Part shown: positions 33,169 to 42,430 of the stretch, piece after piece
How positions within the stretch are numbered: the first letter of the stretch is position 1
Layout of the letters: each line of letters begins with the position of its first letter
Virus record (IMG/VR): IMGVR_UViG_3300003967_000007
Coordinates: 1 to 50,215 of that record
From: a virus
Taxonomy: Duplodnaviria > Caudoviricetes
DNA: 50,215 nt
Reading direction: 5' to 3' (one strand)
Translations under genes and position numbers: made by a program
The notes under the pieces: model-generated
What the model was told of the DNA's origin: nothing
The model's database searches: none
Seen by the model: only the letters and a program-made list of their open reading frames with translations

Positions 33169-34227
33169 ATGGATGGCTTGACCCTCGACATTTTCAATAA
33201 CGACGCCTTCGGCACCGCGACGATGACCAAGAAGGTGAACGAAGACATGCCCTTCATCCCGGGCTTCATCGGCTCGCTGCCGGCGATGTTTCCGGGTGAA
33301 GGCGTTTACACCAAAACCGTCGGCTTTGACGACGAGAATGGCGAACTTACGCTCATTCAGACCACCCCCCGTGGCACTGCTCCTGAGCAGTCGAAAGGCA
33401 CCAAGGGTGTAACCCGGTATCTCGATACTGTGCGTCTCGCTCGTGAAGCGGTCATCACAGCGGATCAGGTCGCTGGTGTCCGCGTGCTGGGCACCACGAA
33501 CCAGCTGCAGACCGCCGAGAGGATGGTCTGGAAGCGTGTCGAAGGTCCGGTCGGTCTTAAGGCGGCCCTCGGCTTCACCCTCGAGCACATGTACATGGGT
33601 GCTATCGACGGCGTTGTTTATGACGCCGACGGCACCACCCCCCTGTGGGATTATTTTTCCCACTATGGTGTTTCGCGCCCCGCCGCGATTGATTTCGCAT
33701 TCAGCGGGATGACCGCCGATGGTGGTTTATTCAAGAAGAAGTGCACCGAACTGAAGCGGGCCATGGTGACCAAGCTCAATGGCCTGATGCTGAGCACCGC
33801 GAAGATCGTGGTTCTCTGCGGCGACAATTTCTACGACGCCGCAGATACCAACAAGGAAATCGTTGCCGCTCGCAAGGCCAAGGCGACCAGCAAAGATGCC
33901 GCGCTGGAGATCGTAGCCGAAAACACGGCTTTTGGCAGCTTCGAGTACGGCGATATCACTTGGGTGAACTATCGCGGTGACGACGCAGGCAAGGTCGGCG
34001 TGGATACCGACGTTGCCCGCGCCTTCATGGTCGGCGTCCCCGGCCTGTTCCAGAACTACTTCTCGCCGGCCGATACCTGGGACTGGGTGAATACCGAGGG
34101 CCTGCCCTCGTACATCATCCAGCGCCGGGAGCGTCAGACGGAATCGCAGCGTGCCTTCGAGGTTCAGTCGAATCCGCTCCCGATCTGCATGCGTCCGCTG
34201 AGCCTGCGTCGCCTGACCAAGTCGTAA
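33169..34227 (+). CDS. Major capsid protein (lambda E family)
   Basis: LDIFNNDAF..., PRG, TLEH..MGAIDG, F.PAD..VNT.GLP.Y, QSNPLPIC.RP. Confidence 0.92.
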   Translation: MDGLTLDIFNNDAFGTATMTKKVNEDMPFIPGFIGSLPAMFPGEGVYTKTVGFDDENGELTLIQTTPRGTAPEQSKGTKGVTRYLDTVRLAREAVITADQVAGVRVLGTTNQLQTAERMVWKRVEGPVGLKAALGFTLEHMYMGAIDGVVYDADGTTPLWDYFSHYGVSRPAAIDFAFSGMTADGGLFKKKCTELKRAMVTKLNGLMLSTAKIVVLCGDNFYDAADTNKEIVAARKAKATSKDAALEIVAENTAFGSFEYGDITWVNYRGDDAGKVGVDTDVARAFMVGVPGLFQNYFSPADTWDWVNTEGLPSYIIQRRERQTESQRAFEVQSNPLPICMRPLSLRRLTKS

Positions 34228-34252
34228 GACTCGGTTTCCAGTCTCAAGACTT

Positions 34253-34286
34253 GGCGCCCGGAGCGATCCGGGCGCCGCTTCTTCCT
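34253..34286 (+). terminator. Terminator-like hairpin after the capsid gene
   Basis: GGCGCCCGGA-gcga-TCCGGGCGCC (10-bp stem, GNRA loop) followed by GCTTCTTCCT. Confidence 0.65.
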
Positions 34287-34300
34287 CCCCGGTGACCGGC

Positions 34301-35152
34301 ATGGACTTCGCGCCCCATCAGCGACAGATTTTCGCCCTTCGCGGCAAGTCGGCGCGGTACATTCCCGTCAGCGGACCCGAGGTTTCCGGGTTCAAGGCCA
34401 TCCGTCAGGGGGGCGGCCAGCCTATGCAGGTTGGCCCGGTGCGCATCACACTGGAGCGCACCGCATTTCATGTCTTGCGGTCCGTGCTGCCCGCGCCGGT
34501 TGCCGGTGCAGGCCTGGCGATCGGCGACGAGGTCTTCACGGTCGATGCCGTGCAGCCCGTCGAGCGAGATGCCGATGGCCTCATGTGGGCGCTGCATGTG
34601 TCTTGGGGCGCGGCGATAACCTATCGCAGCGTCACCGGCAGCGGATCGACGCAAAACCCGCCGCAGGGCGCGGATTTCTCCGTCGCGGCCGCTGTCTCGG
34701 CCGGGCAGCTGGCGGTCTCCATCCGATCCGGCTTCACGGTCGGCAAGCTGGCGCCGTCCGACCGTTTCGCGATCGCCGGCAACCCGACGGTCTACACCAT
34801 CGGATCGCCCGCACCTTCGGCTGTGAGCAACCAGTTCGCCAATGTGCCGATTTCACCGGCGCTGGCCGCCAATGCCGCCCAGGGTGCGGCGGTGACCTTC
34901 CAGTTCCAGCGCGACTTCGCCCTGCGCGCGGCCGTGGCCGGCTACCAAGCCAGCGAAATGCTCGGTGGTGTGCAGGTCGGTGATCGCCGTCTGGTGCTGA
35001 TGCAGGCGCAGATGACCGCGCTCGGCATGGCCGACGAACCGAAGGCGGGCGACCGGGTCATCATGGCCGGCCGGACCTTCAACGTGATCACGGCCACGCC
35101 GCTTTATACCGGTGCGGTCGCCCATGCCTGGGACATCCAGGCGCGAGGCTGA
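34301..35152 (+). CDS. Head-closure/head-tail connector-like protein
   Basis: Position after the capsid gene; C-terminal VQVGDRRLVL...PKAGDRV...WDIQARG. Confidence 0.65.
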   Translation: MDFAPHQRQIFALRGKSARYIPVSGPEVSGFKAIRQGGGQPMQVGPVRITLERTAFHVLRSVLPAPVAGAGLAIGDEVFTVDAVQPVERDADGLMWALHVSWGAAITYRSVTGSGSTQNPPQGADFSVAAAVSAGQLAVSIRSGFTVGKLAPSDRFAIAGNPTVYTIGSPAPSAVSNQFANVPISPALAANAAQGAAVTFQFQRDFALRAAVAGYQASEMLGGVQVGDRRLVLMQAQMTALGMADEPKAGDRVIMAGRTFNVITATPLYTGAVAHAWDIQARG

Positions 35153-35154
35153 GA

Positions 35155-35772
35155 ATGGCTTCTGTCCGCGTCCGATCCTTCTCCGCTGCCCTGTCGCTGA
35201 TGAAGAGCCATCTTCAGGGCGAGGAGCGTCGCCGCGCGCTGGCCAAGCTGGCCCTGCAGGCCGGCAACGAGGCGGCGGCGAAGAACCGCAGTGCCCTTGG
35301 AATGGACGTCGATCAGGACACCATCGTCGACGGCCGCCGGGGCGCCCCGGTGGCCAGCGTGAAGGCGGGCGGTACCGTCGTGCATCTCTTCGCCGTACAG
35401 CAGGCCGCAGTGGTTTACACCCGCGACGTGCTGATCGGGTTGTCGCCGGTCGATTACATCGATCCGGACGACATCGTGTATCGCGATCACCACCGGATGC
35501 TGGTCAATGGCGAAGATGTCGAGCCCGGCTATTCCGTGAGGCCCGATGATGTCGTGACCTTCGTCAACCTGCTGGCCTATTCGCGCAGGCTGGAGAAGGG
35601 CCATTCCGACCAGGCGCCCGATGGCGTGTATGAAGTGGCCTCTGAGATCGTGCGCGCCCGGTTTGGCAGCATCGTCAACATCAGGTTCAGCTATGGCAGC
35701 TTCGTTGGCGGCGGTGCCGGCGACCAGCGCTACCCGATGATCGAACTCAAGCCGAAGCGGCGCCGCGTATGA
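35155..35772 (+). CDS. Neck/tail-completion protein (HK97 gp10-like)
   Basis: SPVD...Y...VNLLAYSRRLEKGHSDQAPDGVY. Confidence 0.7.
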   Translation: MASVRVRSFSAALSLMKSHLQGEERRRALAKLALQAGNEAAAKNRSALGMDVDQDTIVDGRRGAPVASVKAGGTVVHLFAVQQAAVVYTRDVLIGLSPVDYIDPDDIVYRDHHRMLVNGEDVEPGYSVRPDDVVTFVNLLAYSRRLEKGHSDQAPDGVYEVASEIVRARFGSIVNIRFSYGSFVGGGAGDQRYPMIELKPKRRRV

Positions 35773-36194
35773 GCCAGGCTGCAGTCCGAACCGCTGTGCG
35801 CTCGCGCCTCGAGCAGAACTGGGATCAGGCTAAGGCTAAGATCCGCAAGACGAATGAGAGCTTCGTCCCGGCCGGCATGCCGTGGATCGAGATCCGGTTC
35901 CCCGGCGCTCGCAATTCCCGTGCCGACCTTGGCGAGCCCGATGCCGCCATGTGGGAAGAGGCCGGCGCCTTCATGTGCGACGTGTATGTGCCGGCCGATT
36001 CCGGCGAAGACGCTGCCGCGCTGCTGGCTGACGAACTGGCCGCCCTCTACCAGGGGCAGGATTTCGACAACGTCTCCTGCTTCGACCGGATGCCCGGCCA
36101 TTCCGGCCTGCGCCAGCCCGAAGGCCTGTCCGGTGTCTGGTACGGCACCAGCTTCGGCATCGCCTACCGGTACCAGTCGATCACCTCCGCTTAA
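35769..36194 (+). CDS. Tail terminator-like protein
   Basis: 141 aa immediately before the tail tube gene; NESF.P...PWIEI...VYVP..SG...LADELAALY. Confidence 0.7.
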   Translation: MSQAAVRTAVRSRLEQNWDQAKAKIRKTNESFVPAGMPWIEIRFPGARNSRADLGEPDAAMWEEAGAFMCDVYVPADSGEDAAALLADELAALYQGQDFDNVSCFDRMPGHSGLRQPEGLSGVWYGTSFGIAYRYQSITSA

Positions 36195-36248
36195 CCGGGC
36201 CGGCATTTGCCGCACCCGACAACCCCCTGCTGCTGAAAGGAAACGGTC

Positions 36249-37445
36249 ATGCCGACCACTGGTTATCTTGCGGGCTCCGATACCAACGACATCGAGCTGG
36301 CCTATGCTCCGGAAGCCACCTGGGGCACCTCGCCGACCGGCGTGAATTATCAGAAGTTCCGCGTCAATTCGGAAAGCTTCTCCGAGCAGAAGAACCGCTC
36401 TGCGCCCCCGGAGCTGCGCAGCGATGGCATGACGGCCGACAAGACCACCCAGGACCTGCAGGCGCGCGGCAGCGTGCCTTTCGGCATTTCCTATGGCAAC
36501 ACCGACGATCTCTATGCCGCCCTTTTGGCAGGCGCCTGGTCTGCTGATCTGAATATCGTTGGTTCGAGCGGCGATATCGAGTTTGAGACCACCGGCAACC
36601 TGATCAAGTCGTCAACCGCCGGAAAGTTCAGCAATGTGACCGAAGGCCAGTGGATCGATGTGCGCGGCGCCACCACGAACCCGGCCCGCATGTTCCTCCG
36701 CGTTGTGGCGAAGAACAGCAATGTCGAGCTGGCCGTTTCCGGTGTCACGCTGCAGGACGAAACCCCGTCCGGCGCCGCGGTCAGCATCCATGGCTCGATG
36801 CTGCGCAATGCCAATGTGGTCAACACTTTCTCGATCCAGAAGCGATTTGCCAGCAATCTGGGCTTCATCTATCCCGGCGCGCTGGCTATCGGCGGCCAGA
36901 TTAATGCCGCGCGCGGTGAGTTCTTCTCGGGCACGCTGGATTTCCTCGTGAAGTCCGAGGAAAAGGCCGCCGTCGCCGTCGGCACCGGCTTTGATCCGGC
37001 ACCGAACAACCGCGTGATGAACAACGTGGGCAACTTCAAGGGTATCCGCGTCGACGACACGGCCACCACGGCGAAGATCATGCGCCTGATGACCAACCTT
37101 CAGCGCGAGGGCGCCAATATGGCCTTCGCGCTCGGCAGCGAAGCCGCCCAGGGCATAGGTTCGCGCGGCCAGCTCAGTGTCGGCGGCGAAACGGAGATCT
37201 ATTTCGCCACCTACGACGATTACGACCGCTACAAGGCCGAAACCGCCCACCACTTCAGCTATCGCGTGATGGATACGGCCGGCAATGCCTATGTGGTCAC
37301 GATCCCGCAGTTGGTCTTTGAGACCGCCAACATCGTCGCCCAGGGCCCCAACCAGTCCGTGATGGCCCGCTTTGGGTGGACCGGCAATATCGACACCGAC
37401 ACCGGCAGCAAAATCCAGATCGACCGCTTCGCCGCACCGGCCTGA
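36249..37445 (+). CDS. Major tail (tube) protein
   Basis: LAYAPEATWGTSP...ELRSDG...YFA...GNAYVVTIP...IQIDR; no sheath gene present. Confidence 0.85.
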   Translation: MPTTGYLAGSDTNDIELAYAPEATWGTSPTGVNYQKFRVNSESFSEQKNRSAPPELRSDGMTADKTTQDLQARGSVPFGISYGNTDDLYAALLAGAWSADLNIVGSSGDIEFETTGNLIKSSTAGKFSNVTEGQWIDVRGATTNPARMFLRVVAKNSNVELAVSGVTLQDETPSGAAVSIHGSMLRNANVVNTFSIQKRFASNLGFIYPGALAIGGQINAARGEFFSGTLDFLVKSEEKAAVAVGTGFDPAPNNRVMNNVGNFKGIRVDDTATTAKIMRLMTNLQREGANMAFALGSEAAQGIGSRGQLSVGGETEIYFATYDDYDRYKAETAHHFSYRVMDTAGNAYVVTIPQLVFETANIVAQGPNQSVMARFGWTGNIDTDTGSKIQIDRFAAPA

Positions 37446-37452
37446 TAACGAA

Positions 37453-37545
37453 TTCCGGCGCGCTCCCCGCGCCGGGATGTCTCCGCGCGAGACAGCCGGC
37501 CCGGCGTTGCTGGTCGCCGGGCCGGCACCCTTCCAGCACCAGCCA
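37453..37545 (+). other. Three abutting hairpins with pseudoknot potential
   Basis: CCGGCGCG/CGCGCCGG (37455-37475), TGTCTC/GAGACA (37478-37494), 12-bp GCCGGCCCGGCG/CGCCGGGCCGGC (37495-37526). Confidence 0.6.
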
Positions 37546-37564
37546 CCAGACAAGGACTCCCGAC

Positions 37565-38023
37565 ATGGATTTGGATGAATTCGCCGTTGACCCCGATCTC
37601 TGCGAGAATGGCAAGCGGGTCGATCTGGGCAGTGAGACCTACATCACGGTGCGTAGCTCGAACTCCGAGCGCGCCAAGGCCGTCCGCGAGCGTCTCTGGA
37701 AGCCATACTCCACCTGGAAAGACGTTCCCAAGGATATCCTGACCCGGCTGAATGCCGACTGGATCGCGCAGGGTCTGCTCTCCGAGATGGTCGGCTTCAC
37801 TCATAACAAGCAGCCGCTTCTCCTCGACCTGACCAAGGATGCCGACCAGAAGCGGCTGTCGCTGATCCTGCGCGATGCCAAATATGTAGGCTTCCGTAGC
37901 CGCGTGATCGGCATCGCCATCGAGGACGGCAACTACCAGGCGGCCGGGGAGGCTGCCATCGAGGGAAAGTCCGCGACTACGCCCGCTGGCAGTTCGGTAC
38001 CGGAAGAAGCGCAAAGCAGCTGA
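37565..38023 (+). CDS. Tail assembly chaperone (gpG-like)
   Basis: AAGGA RBS, ATG 37565; between tube and tape measure genes; slippery site near the 3' end. Confidence 0.8.
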   Translation: MDLDEFAVDPDLCENGKRVDLGSETYITVRSSNSERAKAVRERLWKPYSTWKDVPKDILTRLNADWIAQGLLSEMVGFTHNKQPLLLDLTKDADQKRLSLILRDAKYVGFRSRVIGIAIEDGNYQAAGEAAIEGKSATTPAGSSVPEEAQSS

Positions 38024-38325
38024 TCCTCGCGCATCTCGAGGATGGCGACGAGCTGCCGGCGGACCTAGCCGATCCGCCGGCGCTCGACCCCTACAGCCAG
38101 AAATTCTGGCGCATCTTCGCGGCCTGCAGCGCGGATCGCCCTGTTGGCTTCGCGCCGGGCTCCATTCCCGTTTCTGCCTTGATCTCCTTTGCCCGCGAGG
38201 TGGAAGGCATCACCAGCCGAGCCGAGCTTTCCCGCACCATCCGTATGGTCCGGGTGATCGATGCCGAATTCCTCGCCGCAGAAGCGGCGCGGAGCAAGAC
38301 CTCAACTCCAGCCAACACCAACTGA
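37963..38325 (+). CDS. -1 frameshift extension of the chaperone (gpT-like)
   Basis: G GGA AAG at 37963-37969; the -1 frame stays open for 120 codons (...KFWRIFAACSADRPVGFAPGSIPVSALISFA...VIDAEFL) and has no start codon near its 5' end. Confidence 0.85.
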   Translation, partial: GKVRDYARWQFGTGRSAKQLILAHLEDGDELPADLADPPALDPYSQKFWRIFAACSADRPVGFAPGSIPVSALISFAREVEGITSRAELSRTIRMVRVIDAEFLAAEAARSKTSTPANTN

Positions 38326-38343
38326 AACCGAAGGACCGGAGCC

Positions 38344-41300
38344 TTGTCGCTCGACCTTGCCGTTATCCAGGAAGTGGTGATCGACGACAGCAAGTCTGCT
38401 GCCGCCGCGCAGCGCGTTGTCGCCACCCAGGAGAAGATGCAGGCCGCCGCGGACAAGACCGCGGCGGCAACGGAACGGCAGGCCAAAGGCCTCGGCATGC
38501 TGGATGCTGCCGTTCTGAAGTCGGGTACGGCTCAGGAATCGGCTTTGCGCCGGCTGAATGTCTGGAAGGCAGCGGCCGACGATAACGAGCGGGTCATGCA
38601 GCGCCTGGCCCGCGCCGAGGCCGACCTCGATCGCGCGCGCAAGCAGGGGCTGATCTCGCAGGACCAGCAGATCAAGTTGCTAGGGCAGCTTGAAACCAAG
38701 ATGCGCGGCGTAGCCGCTGCGAATGATAACCTGACCGGCCAGATGCGGGTGCTGAATGCCGCTGTATCGGTGCTACCGGGTTCAATTGGCAATGTTGCCA
38801 ACCGAGTGGTCAATCTGTCAGCGGGCTTTGGCGTGGTTTCTGCAGGCGCGACTGCTGCGGCCGTGGCGATCGGTGCTGCTGGTGCCGCTCTTCTGACTTT
38901 GGCGCGAGGGCAGGACCAACTCACCATGATCGAGGCGCGTCTGAAGAACGTCGCCGGGAGCGCGAGTGCTGCGAGTGACGCTCTCCGCCCGCTTTTCGAA
39001 GGCAGCCAGCGCACCGGCACCAACTTCAATGACACGATCGGCGCCTTCCAGCGGCTCGGCTTGGCGGCCCGCGACATGGGCGCGGCGCAAGAAGATGTTG
39101 TCAAGTTGACTTTGGCTGTTCAGCAGCTCGGCCGGCTGGGCGGTGGCAGTACTCAAGAACTACAGGCGGGTATGCAGCAGTTCGGCCAGGCGCTGGCGTC
39201 GGGCCGACTTCAGGGCGACGAACTGCGCAGCATCCTTGAAAACATGCCCCTTCTGGCACGCGCGATTGCAGACGGTCTCGGCGTTTCAGTCGGCCAGCTC
39301 CGAGAGATGGGTGCCGCTGGCGAACTCACCTCTACTCGTGTCTTTAAGGCCATACTTGGCCAGACGGACGATATCGCGTCCAAATTTGCCGGCCTGCCGC
39401 AAACAGTGGATATGGGCCTAACCCGCGTCGGCAATGCGTGGGACCTGGCGATAGGCCGGATGGGAAAACGCATCGAGGCCAACAAGCCGCTCATGCTGCT
39501 GCTCAATGCGCTGTCCGGCGGGTTGGAAAGTATCGCTGAAGGACTGGATGACAGCGTTATGGCCCGCGCCAGCCGTCTGGAACGAGCCGCAAACGATCCC
39601 GGGCGCGCTGTAGGCACCGACGCTGCTGGAAAGGTCATCCGCGATCGCAGTGCGGCGAATAGGTCGCGCCAACAGTTGGCTGACATGGGCCCGGAATTGA
39701 TCGACGACGCCTTTGTTAGGACCGTGGAGGCAGCCAAGGCGGCGAACGAAAACATTGAGCGCCAGGTGAAGGCCACTGAAGATCTGCGCAAGAAAGTCGG
39801 CGAGGTATCGGCCGAATATCAGCGACAGACCGAAATTCAGAGCCTTGGCGAGGAAGCCGTCAAGCGCGTAGAGGCTCGCGAAAAAGCGGTCGCTGCGGTG
39901 CTGAAGGCTGCAGGTGTCGATAGCCTTGAGGCCATTAACAGCCTCAGCCAGGAGCGCGCCGACATCATCCTGCTGGCCGCCACCCGCGCGGGCGACGAGG
40001 CCGAGCAGATGGTTCGCGTCGAGCAGGGAATTAAGACGGCGGAGAAGGCAGAAAAGCAACGCCTGCAGGCGGCCAAGGCGCAGGCCGATGAGCTGAACCG
40101 CTGGCTCGATCTGCAAACTGAGGCGCTGAAGGGCGAGGGTGAGCGGATTAAGCTAGAGACTGAGCGCGAGCGCGTTCAGATGGCCGCCAATGACAATCTG
40201 GAAGACTATATCGGCAAGCTGGAAGCGGCGGCGACGGTAGATGGCCGCACTACGCTGGAGAAGAAGACCCAGGAAGCCATCATCGAGGCGCAGAACCGGC
40301 TCTATGACAAGCAGGGCGAGAAGATCCGCGACCTTGACCAGGTCGAGCAGGACCGGATCACCACCGCGATCCGCCAGACCGACGAACTGGAAAAGCAGCG
40401 CAAGAAGATCGAGGAGCAGGAGCGCGAGGTCGAGCGCGTGGCCCAGCGCGCCGAAGACCAGCTGAGCGATGCGCTGGGCGACGGATTCTTCGACTACCTG
40501 ACCGGTAAGGCCGGCAACTTCTGGCAGACCGTCAAGGAGATGGGCCTCCGTGCCTTCGCCGACCTGGCGGCCAGCAATGTTGTATCTGCCGTGTTCGGCG
40601 GCCCGATCCGCTCCGCCACTAACTGGTTGATGGGGGCCACACCGATGGGCGGCGGTGTCCGCCCCGGCTTGCCCGGCGGTATGGGCGCTCAGCCGGGCGG
40701 CGGCTTCGGCGGGCTCAGCGACCTCTTCAGCCTTGGCAGCAGTGGCTACCAGATGGCCACCGGCAACAGCATCTGGAGCGGCCTGGGCAATTGGCTGGGC
40801 CTCGGCGGCGCGGTGGCGGGTAGCGGTGCCGCAATCGGCTGGGGCGGCCTGTCCGCGGCGACGCTGGCTTCGGCCGAGGCGGCTGGTCTTGGCGCAACCG
40901 TGACCGGTGGCTATGGCGCGCTGGCCGGCGGTGCTGGTGCCCCCGTCGCGGCGGGCCTACCCTGGGCTGGCGCGCTAGGCGCCGCGGGCCTCGGGTTTGC
41001 CGGCGGTGCTCTGCTGGCGCAATTGATGGGCGGCAACGCGGTCGGTGGAGGAATCGGCGGCGGCCTCGGCGCCGGTGCGGGTTTCCTGATTGGCGGTCCT
41101 GTTGGCGCCATAATTGGTGGTCTTGGCGGCAGCCTGCTGGGCGGCATGTTTGGCGGCGGCAAGAAGAAATATGCCGGCGGCCACACCAATGTCGACGTAA
41201 CGACCGATGGTCTGCTGAGCGTCGGTGCGACCGGTGCGCGAGGCGTCGATCCCAATGTCACGATCCAGCAAGCGCAGCAGCTGGTGCAGCAGGTTAACGC

Positions 41301-42429
41301 ACTGTTGCAGGCCTATGACCTGCGCGCGACGCGAGGGATTGCTATTGGCCAGGGTCAGGCCACGCATGTTCCGCAATCGGTGGAAGAAGCGATCGCACAG
41401 CTTATCGGAAGCCGCAGCTTCACGTCCGACGATCCGGTATTTGCAAAGATCCTAGAGAAGACAGGCGCCAGCAATCTTCAGGGACTAGCCGGCGATCTGG
41501 ACTTTGGAAAATTCTATAAGCAGACCGTCGAACTGCAGCGCGCCGCTAATGCCACACGGGATGCGTTCGAAGAACTCACCAAAAGCTTCGACGATAATAT
41601 CGAGAAGGTGAAGAAGTTCGACCTGAGCGTCGAGGACTTCACCAAGGGCGCGGCGGCCAATTTTAACCAGGAGATCGAGCGGGGTATCAAGGGGATCACG
41701 GACCCGGTCGGCCTAGCGATTGCCGACTTCGCCGAGATTGAGGAGGCCCGTCTCGAATATGCCAAGAAGATCGGCGCGGATATCGCCCAGGTCGAGAAGC
41801 TCAACATGCTGGAGCGGATGCAGATACTTCAGCAGGGCGGCGCCGATCTTAATGCCTGGCTGAAGGGTCAGGTACTGGGGCCGACTTCGGGTCTCACCGG
41901 TTCCGGTCGCCTAGCCGAGGCGCAAAGTCAGTTCGGCGATGCCGTCTCAGCTGCTCGCGCCGGTACGGGTGGCATCGGCGACGTGACCCGTCTGGCCGAC
42001 ATCATCCTAGCGTTTTCCTCCGAGCTCTACGGCGGGACCAAGCAGGCAGCTTTCATCGAGCAGACCGTGCGCAGCACCATCGAGACGCTCGGCCGCGACC
42101 TCGGTCTGCCGGGCTTTGCCGAGGGCGGCTACCACGATGCCGGCCTGCGCATTGTTGGCGAACGTGGCTGGGAGATTGAGGCGACCGGCCCGGCGCGCTA
42201 CTGGAACCAACAGCAGATCGGTGCCGCTCTGGCCGCGAACCGGGCCGGCGCGACCAGCGCCGATATCGGCGAGGTTGCGGTACTTCTGCAACGGCAGCTG
42301 AACGAAGTGGCCGCCCAAAGGAAGGATCAGCAGCAGCTTGCCGCGGAACTGCGGAAGTTCGGCCAGCTGGTCGATATGCTCCTGAACACGCAGTTGACCC
42401 CGGGCAAGCAGCAGAAGCGGGCCGGCTGA
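38344..42429 (+). CDS. Tail tape measure protein
   Basis: 1361 aa, Ala/Gly-rich; QFGQALASGRLQGDELRSILENMP; C-terminal GFAEGG...VGERGWE. Confidence 0.95.
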   Translation: MSLDLAVIQEVVIDDSKSAAAAQRVVATQEKMQAAADKTAAATERQAKGLGMLDAAVLKSGTAQESALRRLNVWKAAADDNERVMQRLARAEADLDRARKQGLISQDQQIKLLGQLETKMRGVAAANDNLTGQMRVLNAAVSVLPGSIGNVANRVVNLSAGFGVVSAGATAAAVAIGAAGAALLTLARGQDQLTMIEARLKNVAGSASAASDALRPLFEGSQRTGTNFNDTIGAFQRLGLAARDMGAAQEDVVKLTLAVQQLGRLGGGSTQELQAGMQQFGQALASGRLQGDELRSILENMPLLARAIADGLGVSVGQLREMGAAGELTSTRVFKAILGQTDDIASKFAGLPQTVDMGLTRVGNAWDLAIGRMGKRIEANKPLMLLLNALSGGLESIAEGLDDSVMARASRLERAANDPGRAVGTDAAGKVIRDRSAANRSRQQLADMGPELIDDAFVRTVEAAKAANENIERQVKATEDLRKKVGEVSAEYQRQTEIQSLGEEAVKRVEAREKAVAAVLKAAGVDSLEAINSLSQERADIILLAATRAGDEAEQMVRVEQGIKTAEKAEKQRLQAAKAQADELNRWLDLQTEALKGEGERIKLETERERVQMAANDNLEDYIGKLEAAATVDGRTTLEKKTQEAIIEAQNRLYDKQGEKIRDLDQVEQDRITTAIRQTDELEKQRKKIEEQEREVERVAQRAEDQLSDALGDGFFDYLTGKAGNFWQTVKEMGLRAFADLAASNVVSAVFGGPIRSATNWLMGATPMGGGVRPGLPGGMGAQPGGGFGGLSDLFSLGSSGYQMATGNSIWSGLGNWLGLGGAVAGSGAAIGWGGLSAATLASAEAAGLGATVTGGYGALAGGAGAPVAAGLPWAGALGAAGLGFAGGALLAQLMGGNAVGGGIGGGLGAGAGFLIGGPVGAIIGGLGGSLLGGMFGGGKKKYAGGHTNVDVTTDGLLSVGATGARGVDPNVTIQQAQQLVQQVNALLQAYDLRATRGIAIGQGQATHVPQSVEEAIAQLIGSRSFTSDDPVFAKILEKTGASNLQGLAGDLDFGKFYKQTVELQRAANATRDAFEELTKSFDDNIEKVKKFDLSVEDFTKGAAANFNQEIERGIKGITDPVGLAIADFAEIEEARLEYAKKIGADIAQVEKLNMLERMQILQQGGADLNAWLKGQVLGPTSGLTGSGRLAEAQSQFGDAVSAARAGTGGIGDVTRLADIILAFSSELYGGTKQAAFIEQTVRSTIETLGRDLGLPGFAEGGYHDAGLRIVGERGWEIEATGPARYWNQQQIGAALAANRAGATSADIGEVAVLLQRQLNEVAAQRKDQQQLAAELRKFGQLVDMLLNTQLTPGKQQKRAG

Positions 42430-42430
42430 T

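Noticed and set aside
40650-41160. Gly-rich repeats in the tape measure gene as a separate repeat element
   Set aside because: This is ordinary glycine-zipper-like, hydrophobic coding sequence common in tape measure proteins.
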